Of a stretch of 64,000 nucleotides of DNA, positions 49,006 through 59,220 are shown piece by piece (position 1 is the stretch's first letter; every line of letters begins with the position of its first letter). A program made the translations under genes and the position numbers. The DNA is from an uncultured Gammaproteobacteria bacterium (lineage in GTDB: Bacteria; Patescibacteriota; Patescibacteriia; Patescibacteriales; UBA12465). The stretch is taken from positions 1,774-65,773 of the forward strand of contig CAYSJA010000030.1 of NCBI GenBank assembly GCA_964431235.1, in the 5' to 3' direction. Under the pieces are notes generated by a model. It ran no database searches. It was not told where the DNA came from and worked only from the letters and a program-made list of their open reading frames with translations.

Positions 49006-50192
49006 TATTTTGCTTTAAACAATATTTCTTTATAAACATTAAAAGTATTGTTGGCACATTCCCACCAATTATATAAACGGCTCCTTTTATAACCTCTTTC
49101 CTTCATTTTTTGACGTAAATCACTATCATTAAGAACTAATTTTATCTTAGATAAAAAGTCATTCTTATCTTCAGGATTAAAATAAACAGCTGCCATGCCT
49201 AAAATTTCCGGCAAACTAGCTCTATCCGAGCTTATCACCGGACAACCTTTAGCCATAGCCTCTAAAGGGGGCAAACCAAAACCTTCATATAAAGAGGGAA
49301 AAACATAGGCTTTGGCTTCCTGATAAAGAATTTCTAATTGAGCATCGGGCACATAGCCAGGAAAAACCGCTGAACTATTTATATTCTCTTTCTGCCATAA
49401 ATTTAAAGACTGGGCATATTGCTGGATGCGTTGATAAAAATAATCGGGCTTACCTACTAAAACCAGTTTTAATTCCGGCTTATCTTCACGTAAATCAGCA
49501 AAAACATCAAGTAGAGTTTCTAAATTCTTATGAGGATAGGCGTTTCCCACATAAAGCAAAAAATTGTTACCTAAGTGATATCTCTGACGCGTTTCTTTAG
49601 GATCAATTTTAGAAATGAATAAAGAGTCGCGGCCGCGGGATAAATTTGAAACACCCTCATAAGTTACCACTATTTTTTCCGGATTTAGCTTGAATTTGCT
49701 GATAATATCCTTTTTAGTAAATTCAGAAACAGCAATTATTTTTTTAGCCCGCCAAACAGCAATTTTTAACACTAAACGATAAGCAAAATTTTTAAACTTA
49801 TAGACGGTTGTATTTTTTGTAGTTGCCCTAATGGTAGAAAAATGGGTTAAAATTAAATCATGCAAGGTTACGACGAACTTAACCGGTGTCATTATAGGAA
49901 CATTAAAATGGGGGAAATGTATTAAATCCAAATTTTCTCTAGCAATACAAAAAGGTAGAAAAATTTGTTCTTGCCAAGAATACCAGGGAATACTTATCTT
50001 GACTTTCCTAACCCGCGGACTATTACTATAAAATTCATCATAATTATTAGGACTTAAAAAAATAACAAAATCGCAGGCTTCTTCTTCCTGAAAATTATTT
50101 ATTTTTATTATATTATCCACCACTTCCTGGGTATAACGACCCAAACCTTTGCCAATTGGGCCGTAAAAGCGGGCATCTATGCCTATTTTCAT
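49005..50192 (-). CDS. GT4-family glycosyltransferase
   Basis: MKIGIDAR, TLHDL, PHKN, FPSLYEGFGLPPLEAM. Confidence 0.94.
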   Translation of the reverse strand: MKIGIDARFYGPIGKGLGRYTQEVVDNIIKINNFQEEEACDFVIFLSPNNYDEFYSNSPRVRKVKISIPWYSWQEQIFLPFCIARENLDLIHFPHFNVPIMTPVKFVVTLHDLILTHFSTIRATTKNTTVYKFKNFAYRLVLKIAVWRAKKIIAVSEFTKKDIISKFKLNPEKIVVTYEGVSNLSRGRDSLFISKIDPKETRQRYHLGNNFLLYVGNAYPHKNLETLLDVFADLREDKPELKLVLVGKPDYFYQRIQQYAQSLNLWQKENINSSAVFPGYVPDAQLEILYQEAKAYVFPSLYEGFGLPPLEAMAKGCPVISSDRASLPEILGMAAVYFNPEDKNDFLSKIKLVLNDSDLRQKMKERGYKRSRLYNWWECANNTFNVYKEILFKAK

Positions 50193-50221
50193 GCTACTTA
50201 TCTAAATATCTTTGATAAAAA

Positions 50222-51667
50222 TTAAGTAAAAGGGAGGTTTTCTGGAGGCGAAGCCTTTTTTTGAGGGACATCGTCTGTTATCTTAGAATCGTTTTTTTCC
50301 ACAAAAAAATTCTCGTTATTTTTATTATCATTTTTAAAAAAACTATCGGGAATTGGCGTCAATTCTGAATCTAGAGGTAAAGAAAAAGGGGCATCCGCCT
50401 TTTTACCCTGAGTTTTTTGTATTAAAGACGCCTTAACACTGCCCTCTAAAGGAAAATGCCATAAAGTTGCCAATTCTTCTATATTAAATATGCGAGGCGA
50501 TAAACCTTGACTGTTAGATCTTTTGACATAAGCTTGAAAAATTCTGTTTTTCTTTCTCTGTAAACGTGGTTCCCGCCAAAAATAAGCTGTCCTGGTCATA
50601 GTTTTTTTAACATCGGGTTTTAGATTATTTAAATCTAAAGCGGCAAACTGCTTCATAAAGCCAACAATACCATTAGCGACCTTGGCCTTATTCATAATTT
50701 CTTTTTGGGACACATACACCATTCTTATTTTAGCGGTAAAAGCTAATTTACTGGCTTTAAGACTAATACCTTCTAATTTCTTTTGTTCTGAAGGAGTTAA
50801 ATCTAGCATAGTTTTTATCTTCTCTTCTTTTTCCTTATTTTCAATATCGCCCCAAATGCTATAAATAACTTCACTTAATTCGCCCAACCACTCCATTAGT
50901 TGCATAAAAAACCCTTTTTTAGCTTTTGATTTTCTCTCCAGAATCTTATCAACTTCTTTTTCTACATCTTTAACCCAATCAAAACCAATCGGGGTAACAA
51001 TAAATTGTAGCCATAGCTGCTCGCCTTGACGTAAAGAACCACATAAATCCATTAAACTAGCCATCGGATCCTTAAATTGTGTTTCTTCAGGTCCAATTTG
51101 ATGTTCAAAATCACGATAACACTTAATTGGATACATCCAAGGAGATGCTTGGGTAAACTCTACGCCCCAAATATCATATTCTTCATCCGGATATTTTTGC
51201 GCTACCGTTTCTGTATAGTCGTCAACTTCGGAAATTTCTGCATCAGGGTACTGGGAATAGACAGAAGATTCAATTAAATTCCTATATTCAGCCGGGGTTC
51301 TAATTAAAAATTGGGTATAACCCTCCAAGCTGACAACCTCATAGCTAAAAGATTTCTGAAATTTGCCCTCAAACCATGTTTCAAAAAAATTTTCTGTACC
51401 ATGGGCGCCGGCTAGATAAGTAAACATGTTTTCCACTGCCTTAGGTGTCTGTTCATTACCCTTGGGGATATCAATCGCTAAAAGTATATTTTTATGGGTA
51501 GCCGCCCATTTATTCCTTAACCAATAAAGATAGACTTGGAGCACTCCCCAAATAAAAAAGATCCCGATTATCAACCAACCAAAATTACCAATAAAGGACC
51601 AAAACATCTCATCAGGTGGCAAACTAAAAAATTTTTCTATACCGGCAGTATTTATAACTATATCCAT
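50222..51667 (-). CDS. Membrane-anchored hypothetical protein homologous to the N-terminal domain of the coupling-type ATPase
   Basis: Shared motifs QYP.A.I.E..DY, DPM.SL, EELA...H.P. Confidence 0.78.
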   Translation of the reverse strand: MDIVINTAGIEKFFSLPPDEMFWSFIGNFGWLIIGIFFIWGVLQVYLYWLRNKWAATHKNILLAIDIPKGNEQTPKAVENMFTYLAGAHGTENFFETWFEGKFQKSFSYEVVSLEGYTQFLIRTPAEYRNLIESSVYSQYPDAEISEVDDYTETVAQKYPDEEYDIWGVEFTQASPWMYPIKCYRDFEHQIGPEETQFKDPMASLMDLCGSLRQGEQLWLQFIVTPIGFDWVKDVEKEVDKILERKSKAKKGFFMQLMEWLGELSEVIYSIWGDIENKEKEEKIKTMLDLTPSEQKKLEGISLKASKLAFTAKIRMVYVSQKEIMNKAKVANGIVGFMKQFAALDLNNLKPDVKKTMTRTAYFWREPRLQRKKNRIFQAYVKRSNSQGLSPRIFNIEELATLWHFPLEGSVKASLIQKTQGKKADAPFSLPLDSELTPIPDSFFKNDNKNNENFFVEKNDSKITDDVPQKKASPPENLPFT

Positions 51668-51773
51668 AATTTAAAGGCTATCTTTAATAAAATTTTATCA
51701 TATATTAATAAAAAAAGAAATCCGCCCAACTAAATGGGTGGATCACTTAAATAGTCTTATTTTTAAAATATTA

Positions 51774-52811
51774 TTATTGATTTTGCCACTCCTTTAAACC
51801 ATAAGTTCCGCGGCTAACTAATACATAACGACTATCAAGAATAAGTTCATTGTGAACAGTGGCAGCATTAGCCCTCTTTTTATCAAAATTGACTTCATTT
51901 ATTTTATCAGCAATAGTGGTAAAATGCAGAGGTCTACCTTCGTGCTTTAACACTAAGAATATCTTATCATTAACTGTTTTAGGTTTTATTTCCTGCCAAT
52001 TTGCTATTCCCCATTCGCCGTATTTATTACGCTCTAAATTTTTTACCGCTTGCATTAAAGAATATAAAATTTTATTTTGATTTATAGTTTCCGCTTTATC
52101 TGGGAAAACTTGGCTTTTAAAAATAGCTTCAATATCAAAACTATCTGATTGAAATTTCTCTTGATAACGAGAATAAGATTCCAATTCTTTTAACACCTCT
52201 ATTAACTCTTCAGTCTTCAAGGTTTTCTTTAAACCATCTACTCGGCTAACAAGACTATCAGCTAATTCTTCAAGATTAGATATTTCTTTATCTTTTAATT
52301 TAAAAGAAGGGGTAAATTTATCACTTTTTTTTATAAACTCCAAATCATCAGCCATTAGTTTAGAAAGTAAGAAATTAAAATGATTTTTATAAGTTTGACG
52401 CAATTTTTCATCGATTAAATCTATATTTTTATCAGACTTCATTTCTAAAGCAATAACGGTTAGAATATCCAATAAATAATCACGTCTAATCAAACCTCCG
52501 TGTTCTTCCATTAATTTATAAACTGCCTGTTTAAAATTGCTTATATAATTTTCTAAATTCTCTAATTTTTTAATCTTCCTGATACTAGCTGCCTCAATTT
52601 GTCTAACTCGTTCTCTGGTTAATTTATGCAAACTACCTATTTTTTCCAAAGTTTCACTTTTATCTCCCTTTAAGCCGAAACGTCTGGTTAAAATATCGCG
52701 CTCCCTATCCATTAATTGGGAAAAAAGATTACTAACAATACTAATAGCATCTAAACGACCCACTTCCTCATTCTTCTGTTCTTTAATAATTTTTTCTAAA
52801 ATATTTTCCAT
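51774..52811 (-). CDS. Sigma70 region-4 / RNAP-delta-type winged-HTH fusion protein
   Basis: RRFGL...TLEKIG...LTRERVRQIE at the N-terminus; PLHF..I....TVHNELI.D.RYVL..RG.YGL.EW at the C-terminus. Confidence 0.8.
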   Translation of the reverse strand: MENILEKIIKEQKNEEVGRLDAISIVSNLFSQLMDRERDILTRRFGLKGDKSETLEKIGSLHKLTRERVRQIEAASIRKIKKLENLENYISNFKQAVYKLMEEHGGLIRRDYLLDILTVIALEMKSDKNIDLIDEKLRQTYKNHFNFLLSKLMADDLEFIKKSDKFTPSFKLKDKEISNLEELADSLVSRVDGLKKTLKTEELIEVLKELESYSRYQEKFQSDSFDIEAIFKSQVFPDKAETINQNKILYSLMQAVKNLERNKYGEWGIANWQEIKPKTVNDKIFLVLKHEGRPLHFTTIADKINEVNFDKKRANAATVHNELILDSRYVLVSRGTYGLKEWQNQ

Positions 52812-52882
52812 ATATAAAAATAAAGTAATAGCAACTTTAATTCTTAATTAATTATTGTTTATTGTCTATCAAAACTTTATTT

Positions 52883-52911
52883 ATTTTATCACATTATTTT
52901 ATATTAGTCAA
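52883..52911 (-). promoter_or_regulatory. Sigma70-type promoter of the sigma4-HTH gene
   Basis: TTGACT-17 bp-TAAAAT on the minus strand. Confidence 0.65.
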
Positions 52912-52914
52912 TAG

Positions 52915-53862
52915 TTATTTGTTAAACATTTTTTTATATTGCTTTAAATTATATTGCTCTAATATTAAAGAAAAAATAAAAAGAATAAAAATTCTAATAA
53001 TTATTATCATTCGACTATAAAAAGTTTCTTTAGAAAAATGCTTTATAAATAAAAGATGTTGACTATAAAAAGACCAACTCTTTATCTCTTTGCTTTTCTT
53101 TTTTCTATTCAGCCAAAAGGCTAAAAAACCACGGCTATAAGAAGCTGCACTTCTGTCATGATATATAATAGCTTGATGAACTAGGGCTGATTTCAAACCG
53201 GCTAATTTCAAGCGATAGGCTAAATCACAATCCTCTTTATACATAAAAAAATCCGGATCAAAATAAAATCCTTTTTCCCTAATTTTATCTAAAGCAGATA
53301 ATCGGAACAATCCGGCCGCCCCTGAAGGTGCAATTATTGTTTTATCGTCATACTGGCCTTCATCTTTCTCTCCTTGCCCTAAATCAATAAATTTCAAACC
53401 TGGCCTTAACAATAATCCACAGGAATCTATTTGTCTGGTTTTTTTAAAATTCGCAAAATCCCAACGCAAAATTTTAGGAGCAACAGCCGCCAATTCGGAT
53501 TTTTCTTCCAAAACCTTTAATAAAAAAAAGAGCGAATTTTTTTCTGGTAAAGTATCAGGATTAATTAATAAAAAATATTCAGCTTCTAATTCTTTAGCCC
53601 GGGCAATTAAGAAATTATAAGCAGAACCGAAACCGATATTCTTACTTTTACTATGATATTCAATTTTGAATTGATGTTTATAATCAAAAAACTCTAAAGC
53701 CAGGCGATTAGTATTCTCATCCTCATTACTATTATCAAATACCATTACTTTATAACTATTTTCTGGCAAAAAATGTAAAGCTTCCTTTAAAGCTGGCAAA
53801 AAATAAGCTAAATATTTAGCGCTTACCTGATTATAAGTTATAAAACCGAGCGCCAGCTTCAT
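52915..53862 (-). CDS. GT2-family glycosyltransferase
   Basis: FDNS, NIGFG...N, LINPD, FFMYKEDCDL. Confidence 0.9.
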   Translation of the reverse strand: MKLALGFITYNQVSAKYLAYFLPALKEALHFLPENSYKVMVFDNSNEDENTNRLALEFFDYKHQFKIEYHSKSKNIGFGSAYNFLIARAKELEAEYFLLINPDTLPEKNSLFFLLKVLEEKSELAAVAPKILRWDFANFKKTRQIDSCGLLLRPGLKFIDLGQGEKDEGQYDDKTIIAPSGAAGLFRLSALDKIREKGFYFDPDFFMYKEDCDLAYRLKLAGLKSALVHQAIIYHDRSAASYSRGFLAFWLNRKKKSKEIKSWSFYSQHLLFIKHFSKETFYSRMIIIIRIFILFIFSLILEQYNLKQYKKMFNK

Positions 53863-53923
53863 ATTAGCAAAAATCTATATTTAAAAATATTAAAAAATTA
53901 CAAGACTAAGCTCTATAGCTTTA

Positions 53924-54649
53924 TTATATTAGCATTTTTCTAGCCAACTTCTCTTTAGCAAAGGTTTGTGCTTTAAGCAAGCTATCAAAAGTTCCAGCAT
54001 CCAGCCATTCTCCTTTAACTATGGCTACGTTGAGCTCGTTTCGTTTCAAATACCAATTATTAAGATCAGTTATCTCCAGTTCACCGCGTTCGCTCGGCTT
54101 TATTTGTTTAGCTGCTTTTATTACTTTATTATCATAAATATATAAACCAGTAACAGCATAATCGCTTAAAAATTCCGATGGTTTTTCCACTATAACTTCA
54201 GCTTTCATGTCTTGATTAAATTTCACTACTCCGAATCTTTCTGGATCTGGTACGCGTTTAGCAAAAATTTTAGCACCGCCAGAAAAATTCTTCATATCAG
54301 CAAAAAAATCATCTTCAAAAATATTATCTCCTAAAATCATCGCTACATCTTCTTCGTCAATAAAATTCTCACCAATAATAAAGGCCTGGGCTAAGCCTTC
54401 TGGCTTATCTTGGATTTCATAAGTGAATTTAACGCCAAATTCTTTGCCGGAACCTAATAAATTTAAATAATCACCTGCTCTCTCTGGCGCCACTATAATA
54501 AGGATTTCTTTGATACCGGCCTTTATTAAAGTATTTAAAGGATAATAAATCATTGGGCGATGATAAACCGGTAAAAGCTGCTTGCTAGTTATTTTAGTAA
54601 GCGGTCTCAATCTAGTACCGCTACCGCCGGAAAGTATTATACCTCTCAT
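53924..54649 (-). CDS. rmlA: Glucose-1-phosphate thymidylyltransferase (short form)
   Basis: GIILSGGSGTRLRP, SKQLLPVY, LGDN, PSERGELEITD, WLDAGT. Confidence 0.9.
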   Translation of the reverse strand: MRGIILSGGSGTRLRPLTKITSKQLLPVYHRPMIYYPLNTLIKAGIKEILIIVAPERAGDYLNLLGSGKEFGVKFTYEIQDKPEGLAQAFIIGENFIDEEDVAMILGDNIFEDDFFADMKNFSGGAKIFAKRVPDPERFGVVKFNQDMKAEVIVEKPSEFLSDYAVTGLYIYDNKVIKAAKQIKPSERGELEITDLNNWYLKRNELNVAIVKGEWLDAGTFDSLLKAQTFAKEKLARKMLI

Positions 54650-55509
54650 AAAATTTTTTTTAAATAATCTTTTAAAGCGTCTTGATAAGGACGCATTTTC
54701 TTTCTTTTATTGTTTTTTAAAACTGAAAATTTAGGACGCCGTGCCGGACGAGCTAAATCCTCGCTTCTTATTGGTCTAATAAAAATTTCTTTTTTAGCCA
54801 AACGAAAAAACTCACGTGCTCCTTCATACCAAGTAGCTGGATTTTCGTTAACTAAATGATAAATGCCATAAGCAGGGCGAGCTACAAATAAACGAGCACT
54901 GGAAGCTGCTAAATCAGGGGTATAAGTAAAACAGCTCAACTCTTCATTCACGGCTAAAATCTCAGATTTATTTTCAGCTAGTTTAAATATAATATCAAAA
55001 AAACCGGGCTTAGCCAAGGAGCTCTCGCTTTTAGGCCCGAATAATTTCGATGTTCTTATTAAATAATATTTTAAACCTTTGCCCTCTAGGCGCTTTATTT
55101 CTAATTCTCCTAAAAATTTACTTTCCCCGTATTTATTTATCGGATTAGGTGTATCCTCTTCAGAAAAATCAGGTTTACCGCTAAAACCATTGAAAACATA
55201 ATCTGTAGAATAATGTACTAAAATAAAATCTATTTTCAAGGCCAAACTAGCTAAATGGGCGGGTAAATCACGATTAAGAGCTAAGGCTTGGAAATATTTT
55301 TTTTCATCTTCACAATTATCAACTTGGTTATAAGCTACCGTATTTATTACTAAATCAGGCTTGATATCCAGCAACACCTTTAATAGAACCTCCTTATCAA
55401 GAACATCAAAATCTTGCTTATCAAAAGAATGGAGTTCATGATCAGAATTTAAAGCAATCTTTAATTGCGATCCTAGATTACCTTGTCCGCCCAATAATAC
55501 TATTTTCAT
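54646..55509 (-). CDS. rmlD: dTDP-4-dehydrorhamnose reductase
   Basis: GGQGNLG, STDYVF.G, YGESK, ARRP. Confidence 0.9.
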   Translation of the reverse strand: MKIVLLGGQGNLGSQLKIALNSDHELHSFDKQDFDVLDKEVLLKVLLDIKPDLVINTVAYNQVDNCEDEKKYFQALALNRDLPAHLASLALKIDFILVHYSTDYVFNGFSGKPDFSEEDTPNPINKYGESKFLGELEIKRLEGKGLKYYLIRTSKLFGPKSESSLAKPGFFDIIFKLAENKSEILAVNEELSCFTYTPDLAASSARLFVARPAYGIYHLVNENPATWYEGAREFFRLAKKEIFIRPIRSEDLARPARRPKFSVLKNNKRKKMRPYQDALKDYLKKIL

Positions 55510-55534
55510 AATATTTGGATTAAAAATTAATTAG

Positions 55535-56827
55535 TTAATTCTTTAACCAAATTTCTTCTTGGCGCACTAATAATTCTTTAGCCTTCTCCGGCTCAGCCAT
55601 CAACTCTTTAACAATTTTTTCCATCCTAGCTCCCTGTGATCCCTTTATTAACAAAACATCACCTTCTTTCAAACGATGCTGCAAAAAACGACCGGCAGCT
55701 TCCGGATAATCAAAATAAAAAATATTTTTATCTTCCATGCCTTTTTCTTTAGCGCCTCTAATAAAATCCCTGGCTCTTTCTCCTACCGCTATCAGAAAAT
55801 CTATTCCAGCTTCATGGATTTTTCTTCCTACTGAACGATGGCCTTCAACTGTATAAGCGCCAATTTCCAACATATCACCCATGACAACATATTTGCAAGC
55901 ATCTTTGTCTATATTAATTTTTCCTAAAATATCAACGGCTGAAATCGCGGCCTCTGGTGAAGAATTATAGGTATCATCAATAATAAAAGAATGCTTTATC
56001 CCCGGTAATATATTCATTCTGCCCGGAGGCAAAGAAAAATCGCTTAAAGAAGCGGCTATTTCCACTAAATTTATATTCAATTCAATAGCAACAGCAGCCG
56101 CTGTCAAAGCAGCATAAATAGCTGGCTCTGACATCGTATTTTTCATAAATACTGGTACTACTGCTCCTTGATAGTTAAGCTTAAAATTAATTCCAGTTAA
56201 CTCATATCTTTCTCGGGTAAAATTATAAATAATATTCTGGGCTTTCAAGACAGCTGTTGTTTCCTTTATTCCATAGCTTATTATTTTAGCTCTACTAAAA
56301 GATGACATATCCTTAATAGGAGTATTATCATAATTTAATACTGCTAAGCCGGACCCGGGCAAGCTTTCCACTAAGCGTTGTTTTTCCTTTTTAATATTAC
56401 CTAGACTGCCGAAGTATTCTAGATGGGAATAGCTAATTGCAGTTACGACGCCTATGTCAGGACGAACAATTGAAATTAGATAATTCATATCTTTAGGCCT
56501 ATCAACACCCATTTCTAAAATTAATATTTGTGGGTAATTTTTATCTTTAAAAACAAGAAGTTTCAAAGCAATAAAAAATACTTTCAACCAGCCTAAATAA
56601 AATCGTCCAGGTGACTGACAACCAATAATGGTAAGAGGTAAACCAATTTCATTATTATAATTCTTGAAGCTGGTCCTTGTGCTAAATTTTCTCCTTAAAA
56701 TATGGGAGATCGCCTCCTTAGAACTAGTTTTTCCAATTGAGCCAGTAATGCCTATTACCTTGGGTTTATATTTTTTCAAAATCAATCTGGCTAAAATTTT
56801 CAATTTTAATCGCAATAATTTGCGCAT
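55535..56827 (-). CDS. murF: UDP-MurNAc-tripeptide--D-Ala-D-Ala ligase
   Basis: GITGSIGKTS, NNEIGLP, DDTYNSSP, GDMLEIG, KGSQ. Confidence 0.93.
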   Translation of the reverse strand: MRKLLRLKLKILARLILKKYKPKVIGITGSIGKTSSKEAISHILRRKFSTRTSFKNYNNEIGLPLTIIGCQSPGRFYLGWLKVFFIALKLLVFKDKNYPQILILEMGVDRPKDMNYLISIVRPDIGVVTAISYSHLEYFGSLGNIKKEKQRLVESLPGSGLAVLNYDNTPIKDMSSFSRAKIISYGIKETTAVLKAQNIIYNFTRERYELTGINFKLNYQGAVVPVFMKNTMSEPAIYAALTAAAVAIELNINLVEIAASLSDFSLPPGRMNILPGIKHSFIIDDTYNSSPEAAISAVDILGKINIDKDACKYVVMGDMLEIGAYTVEGHRSVGRKIHEAGIDFLIAVGERARDFIRGAKEKGMEDKNIFYFDYPEAAGRFLQHRLKEGDVLLIKGSQGARMEKIVKELMAEPEKAKELLVRQEEIWLKN

Positions 56828-56847
56828 ATTTTTTAAACTGTTAAAAC

Positions 56848-58806
56848 CTACCTATCCTTTGGAACGGCATAATAATTTAAAATAAATTCCGCTATATCCC
56901 GCCATAAAGGAACTACTGAACCTTCAGCATACTGTACGCCTTTTGGCTTGTCAATTTTAACCAGCATTACAAAAACTGGATTTTCAATCGGAGCAATTCC
57001 AATAAAAGTATGAGAGTATTCGCTTTGGCTATAACCACCGGCAGTTGCTATTTGAGCAGTTCCGGTTTTACCTCCAATATAATATCCAGATATAGCCGCT
57101 TTTTGTGAATGTCCCTTTTCTACAACATTAACCAGCATAGCAGAAACTGTAGCCGCTGTTTTTTCAGATATTATCTGATTTATGGCCTTAGGAGAAATAT
57201 CTTCTCGCCTACCGTCAGAATAAACAATACTTTTTACCACATAAGGTTTCATTAAAAGACCTTTATTAGCAATTGCCTGGTACGGCATCAACATCTGTAA
57301 GGGTGTAACTGCTATTCCCTGGCCGAAAGAAGCAGTGGCAGCATCTATTTCCTTAACTTTATTACTTAACAAATTATTTATATTCCCTGGACTCTCAGCG
57401 CCAAGTTCAATGCCGGTTCTTTCCCCAAAACCAAAATTTTTAACATATTCAGCAAAAATTTTAGGTCCGACTTGATTCATGGCAAAAATAGCACCAGTGT
57501 TTAAAGAATTATCAAGAACTGCGCTCATATCAACCACACCATGGGGTCCATGACTAAAAAAGTCAGAATTCCTTATTGGTTTAGGCCAACCGCTTATCAT
57601 AATCTGCCCCTTATCTTCATAAGTCGTAGCCGGGGAAATTTTTTCCTGATCAATCGCTATTGCCATGGTAACAGTTTTAAAGACTGAGCCCGGCTCATAT
57701 TGATAAAAAATCGCCGGATTGTTATAAAAAGACATATTTTCTACATCTTTATAATTATTAGGATTAAAATCAGGAAAAGAACACATGGCAATAATCGCTC
57801 CGGTTTTCGGATTCATAACTATAATTGACCCGCCTTCAGCTTTATAGTAATCCGCTACTTGTTTAAGCTTATCGCAAACAATAAATTCAATATTTCTATC
57901 TACTGTTAAAATCAAGTCATTTCCTGGCTGGGGCTGAACATATTCCCTGTCGTTTATAATCATTAAATTTGATTTATTAGCTTTATCTGACTTCAAAAAT
58001 CCATATTGTCCGAAAAGTTCAGTATTGAAAAATCCTTCTAAACCATATTGGCCCTGGATTTCACCGTCAATTTGGCTGCTAAAACCAACTAAATGGGCGG
58101 CTATTTCCTGCTCGGGATAAAAACGATAATTCTGCAAATTAAATCCTAAACCATCTACTATAAACTCTGTATCTGGGTCATCTCTATAAATTATCTTACC
58201 GAATTTTATATTAAGTTCTTCGGGATTAGCTAAAGGAGCGGAGGATGTTGAATTATAATCAGAACTGGATAAAAAAGAGTAAAATCTGATTAAATCATCA
58301 AGTGGCATCTTTTGAATTAAGGGTTCATAAGGATCCCCTGGTTTGTCCAACTTTTTTAAATAACTGGAAATTATTTCCTCTTTAGTAGAAGTGGCGATGA
58401 CAAAATCTGTATCTGTCGCTGTTTCTTCTTTAAACTCTTTTTCTAATTTCGGCTTATCAAAAAAAATAAACATTTTTTCTGCCATTACTTCCGGATTAAT
58501 AATATCTTTGGGCACAACAAAAACTTCAGCAAATTCCTTATTAGTAGCTAAAGGATATAATTTTTCTTCCCCATCAACTTCTTCGCTGAAATAAATCTTG
58601 CCCCTTTCTGGGATCAACTGGTTATAAAATTGATGCTGGGAAGAAGCTATAGCTGTATAGAAATCGCATTGACTTATCTGGATATTATATAATTTATAAA
58701 CTAAAGATCCGATTAATAAAAAAATAATCGCCACAACAAGACGCCAGCGATTATTGTTCACCTTTCCTTCTTTAGATCTTTTTTTAATCTGAGGTTCTCG
58801 CCACAT
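56848..58806 (-). CDS. ftsI: Class B penicillin-binding protein (FtsI-like)
   Basis: EPGSVFK (SxxK), SLN (SxN), KTGTAQ; dcw context. Confidence 0.9.
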   Translation of the reverse strand: MWREPQIKKRSKEGKVNNNRWRLVVAIIFLLIGSLVYKLYNIQISQCDFYTAIASSQHQFYNQLIPERGKIYFSEEVDGEEKLYPLATNKEFAEVFVVPKDIINPEVMAEKMFIFFDKPKLEKEFKEETATDTDFVIATSTKEEIISSYLKKLDKPGDPYEPLIQKMPLDDLIRFYSFLSSSDYNSTSSAPLANPEELNIKFGKIIYRDDPDTEFIVDGLGFNLQNYRFYPEQEIAAHLVGFSSQIDGEIQGQYGLEGFFNTELFGQYGFLKSDKANKSNLMIINDREYVQPQPGNDLILTVDRNIEFIVCDKLKQVADYYKAEGGSIIVMNPKTGAIIAMCSFPDFNPNNYKDVENMSFYNNPAIFYQYEPGSVFKTVTMAIAIDQEKISPATTYEDKGQIMISGWPKPIRNSDFFSHGPHGVVDMSAVLDNSLNTGAIFAMNQVGPKIFAEYVKNFGFGERTGIELGAESPGNINNLLSNKVKEIDAATASFGQGIAVTPLQMLMPYQAIANKGLLMKPYVVKSIVYSDGRREDISPKAINQIISEKTAATVSAMLVNVVEKGHSQKAAISGYYIGGKTGTAQIATAGGYSQSEYSHTFIGIAPIENPVFVMLVKIDKPKGVQYAEGSVVPLWRDIAEFILNYYAVPKDR

Positions 58807-58827
58807 AAAATAAATAAGAAAAGGTTT

Positions 58828-59169
58828 TTATTTTTTAGCAACGAATTGACTGCTAGCTTTGATATACTCAATATCTTCAATTGCAACCATATTCAGAGTT
58901 TTAGCTCTTTCGCTTAAGATATAAAAAGACTGCAAAGAATTTACTTGTTGTTCATAAAATTCCTGTCTCTCTCCTAGGCTGTCAGCCTCTGCTCTTAATT
59001 CTTGTAAAATAAAACTCTTGGCCGTCAAATCACTGATGCTAATAAGATAAAAGAAGGTAAAAACAGTAATCGTTAAAAATAATCCAAGGTTTAAAATTTT
59101 TATATTGAGGGCGTACCGAGAATTTTCTTTAGCAGCGCGTCCACAATAATAACTGGACATTTTAATCAT
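58828..59169 (-). CDS. FtsL-like small bitopic protein
   Basis: TM helix plus coiled coil, located between rsmH and ftsI. Confidence 0.65.
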   Translation of the reverse strand: MIKMSSYYCGRAAKENSRYALNIKILNLGLFLTITVFTFFYLISISDLTAKSFILQELRAEADSLGERQEFYEQQVNSLQSFYILSERAKTLNMVAIEDIEYIKASSQFVAKK

Positions 59170-59220
59170 AAGCGAAATGTTTTTATATTAATTTAAAAAT
59201 TATCTAACATTTAGGGGCCT

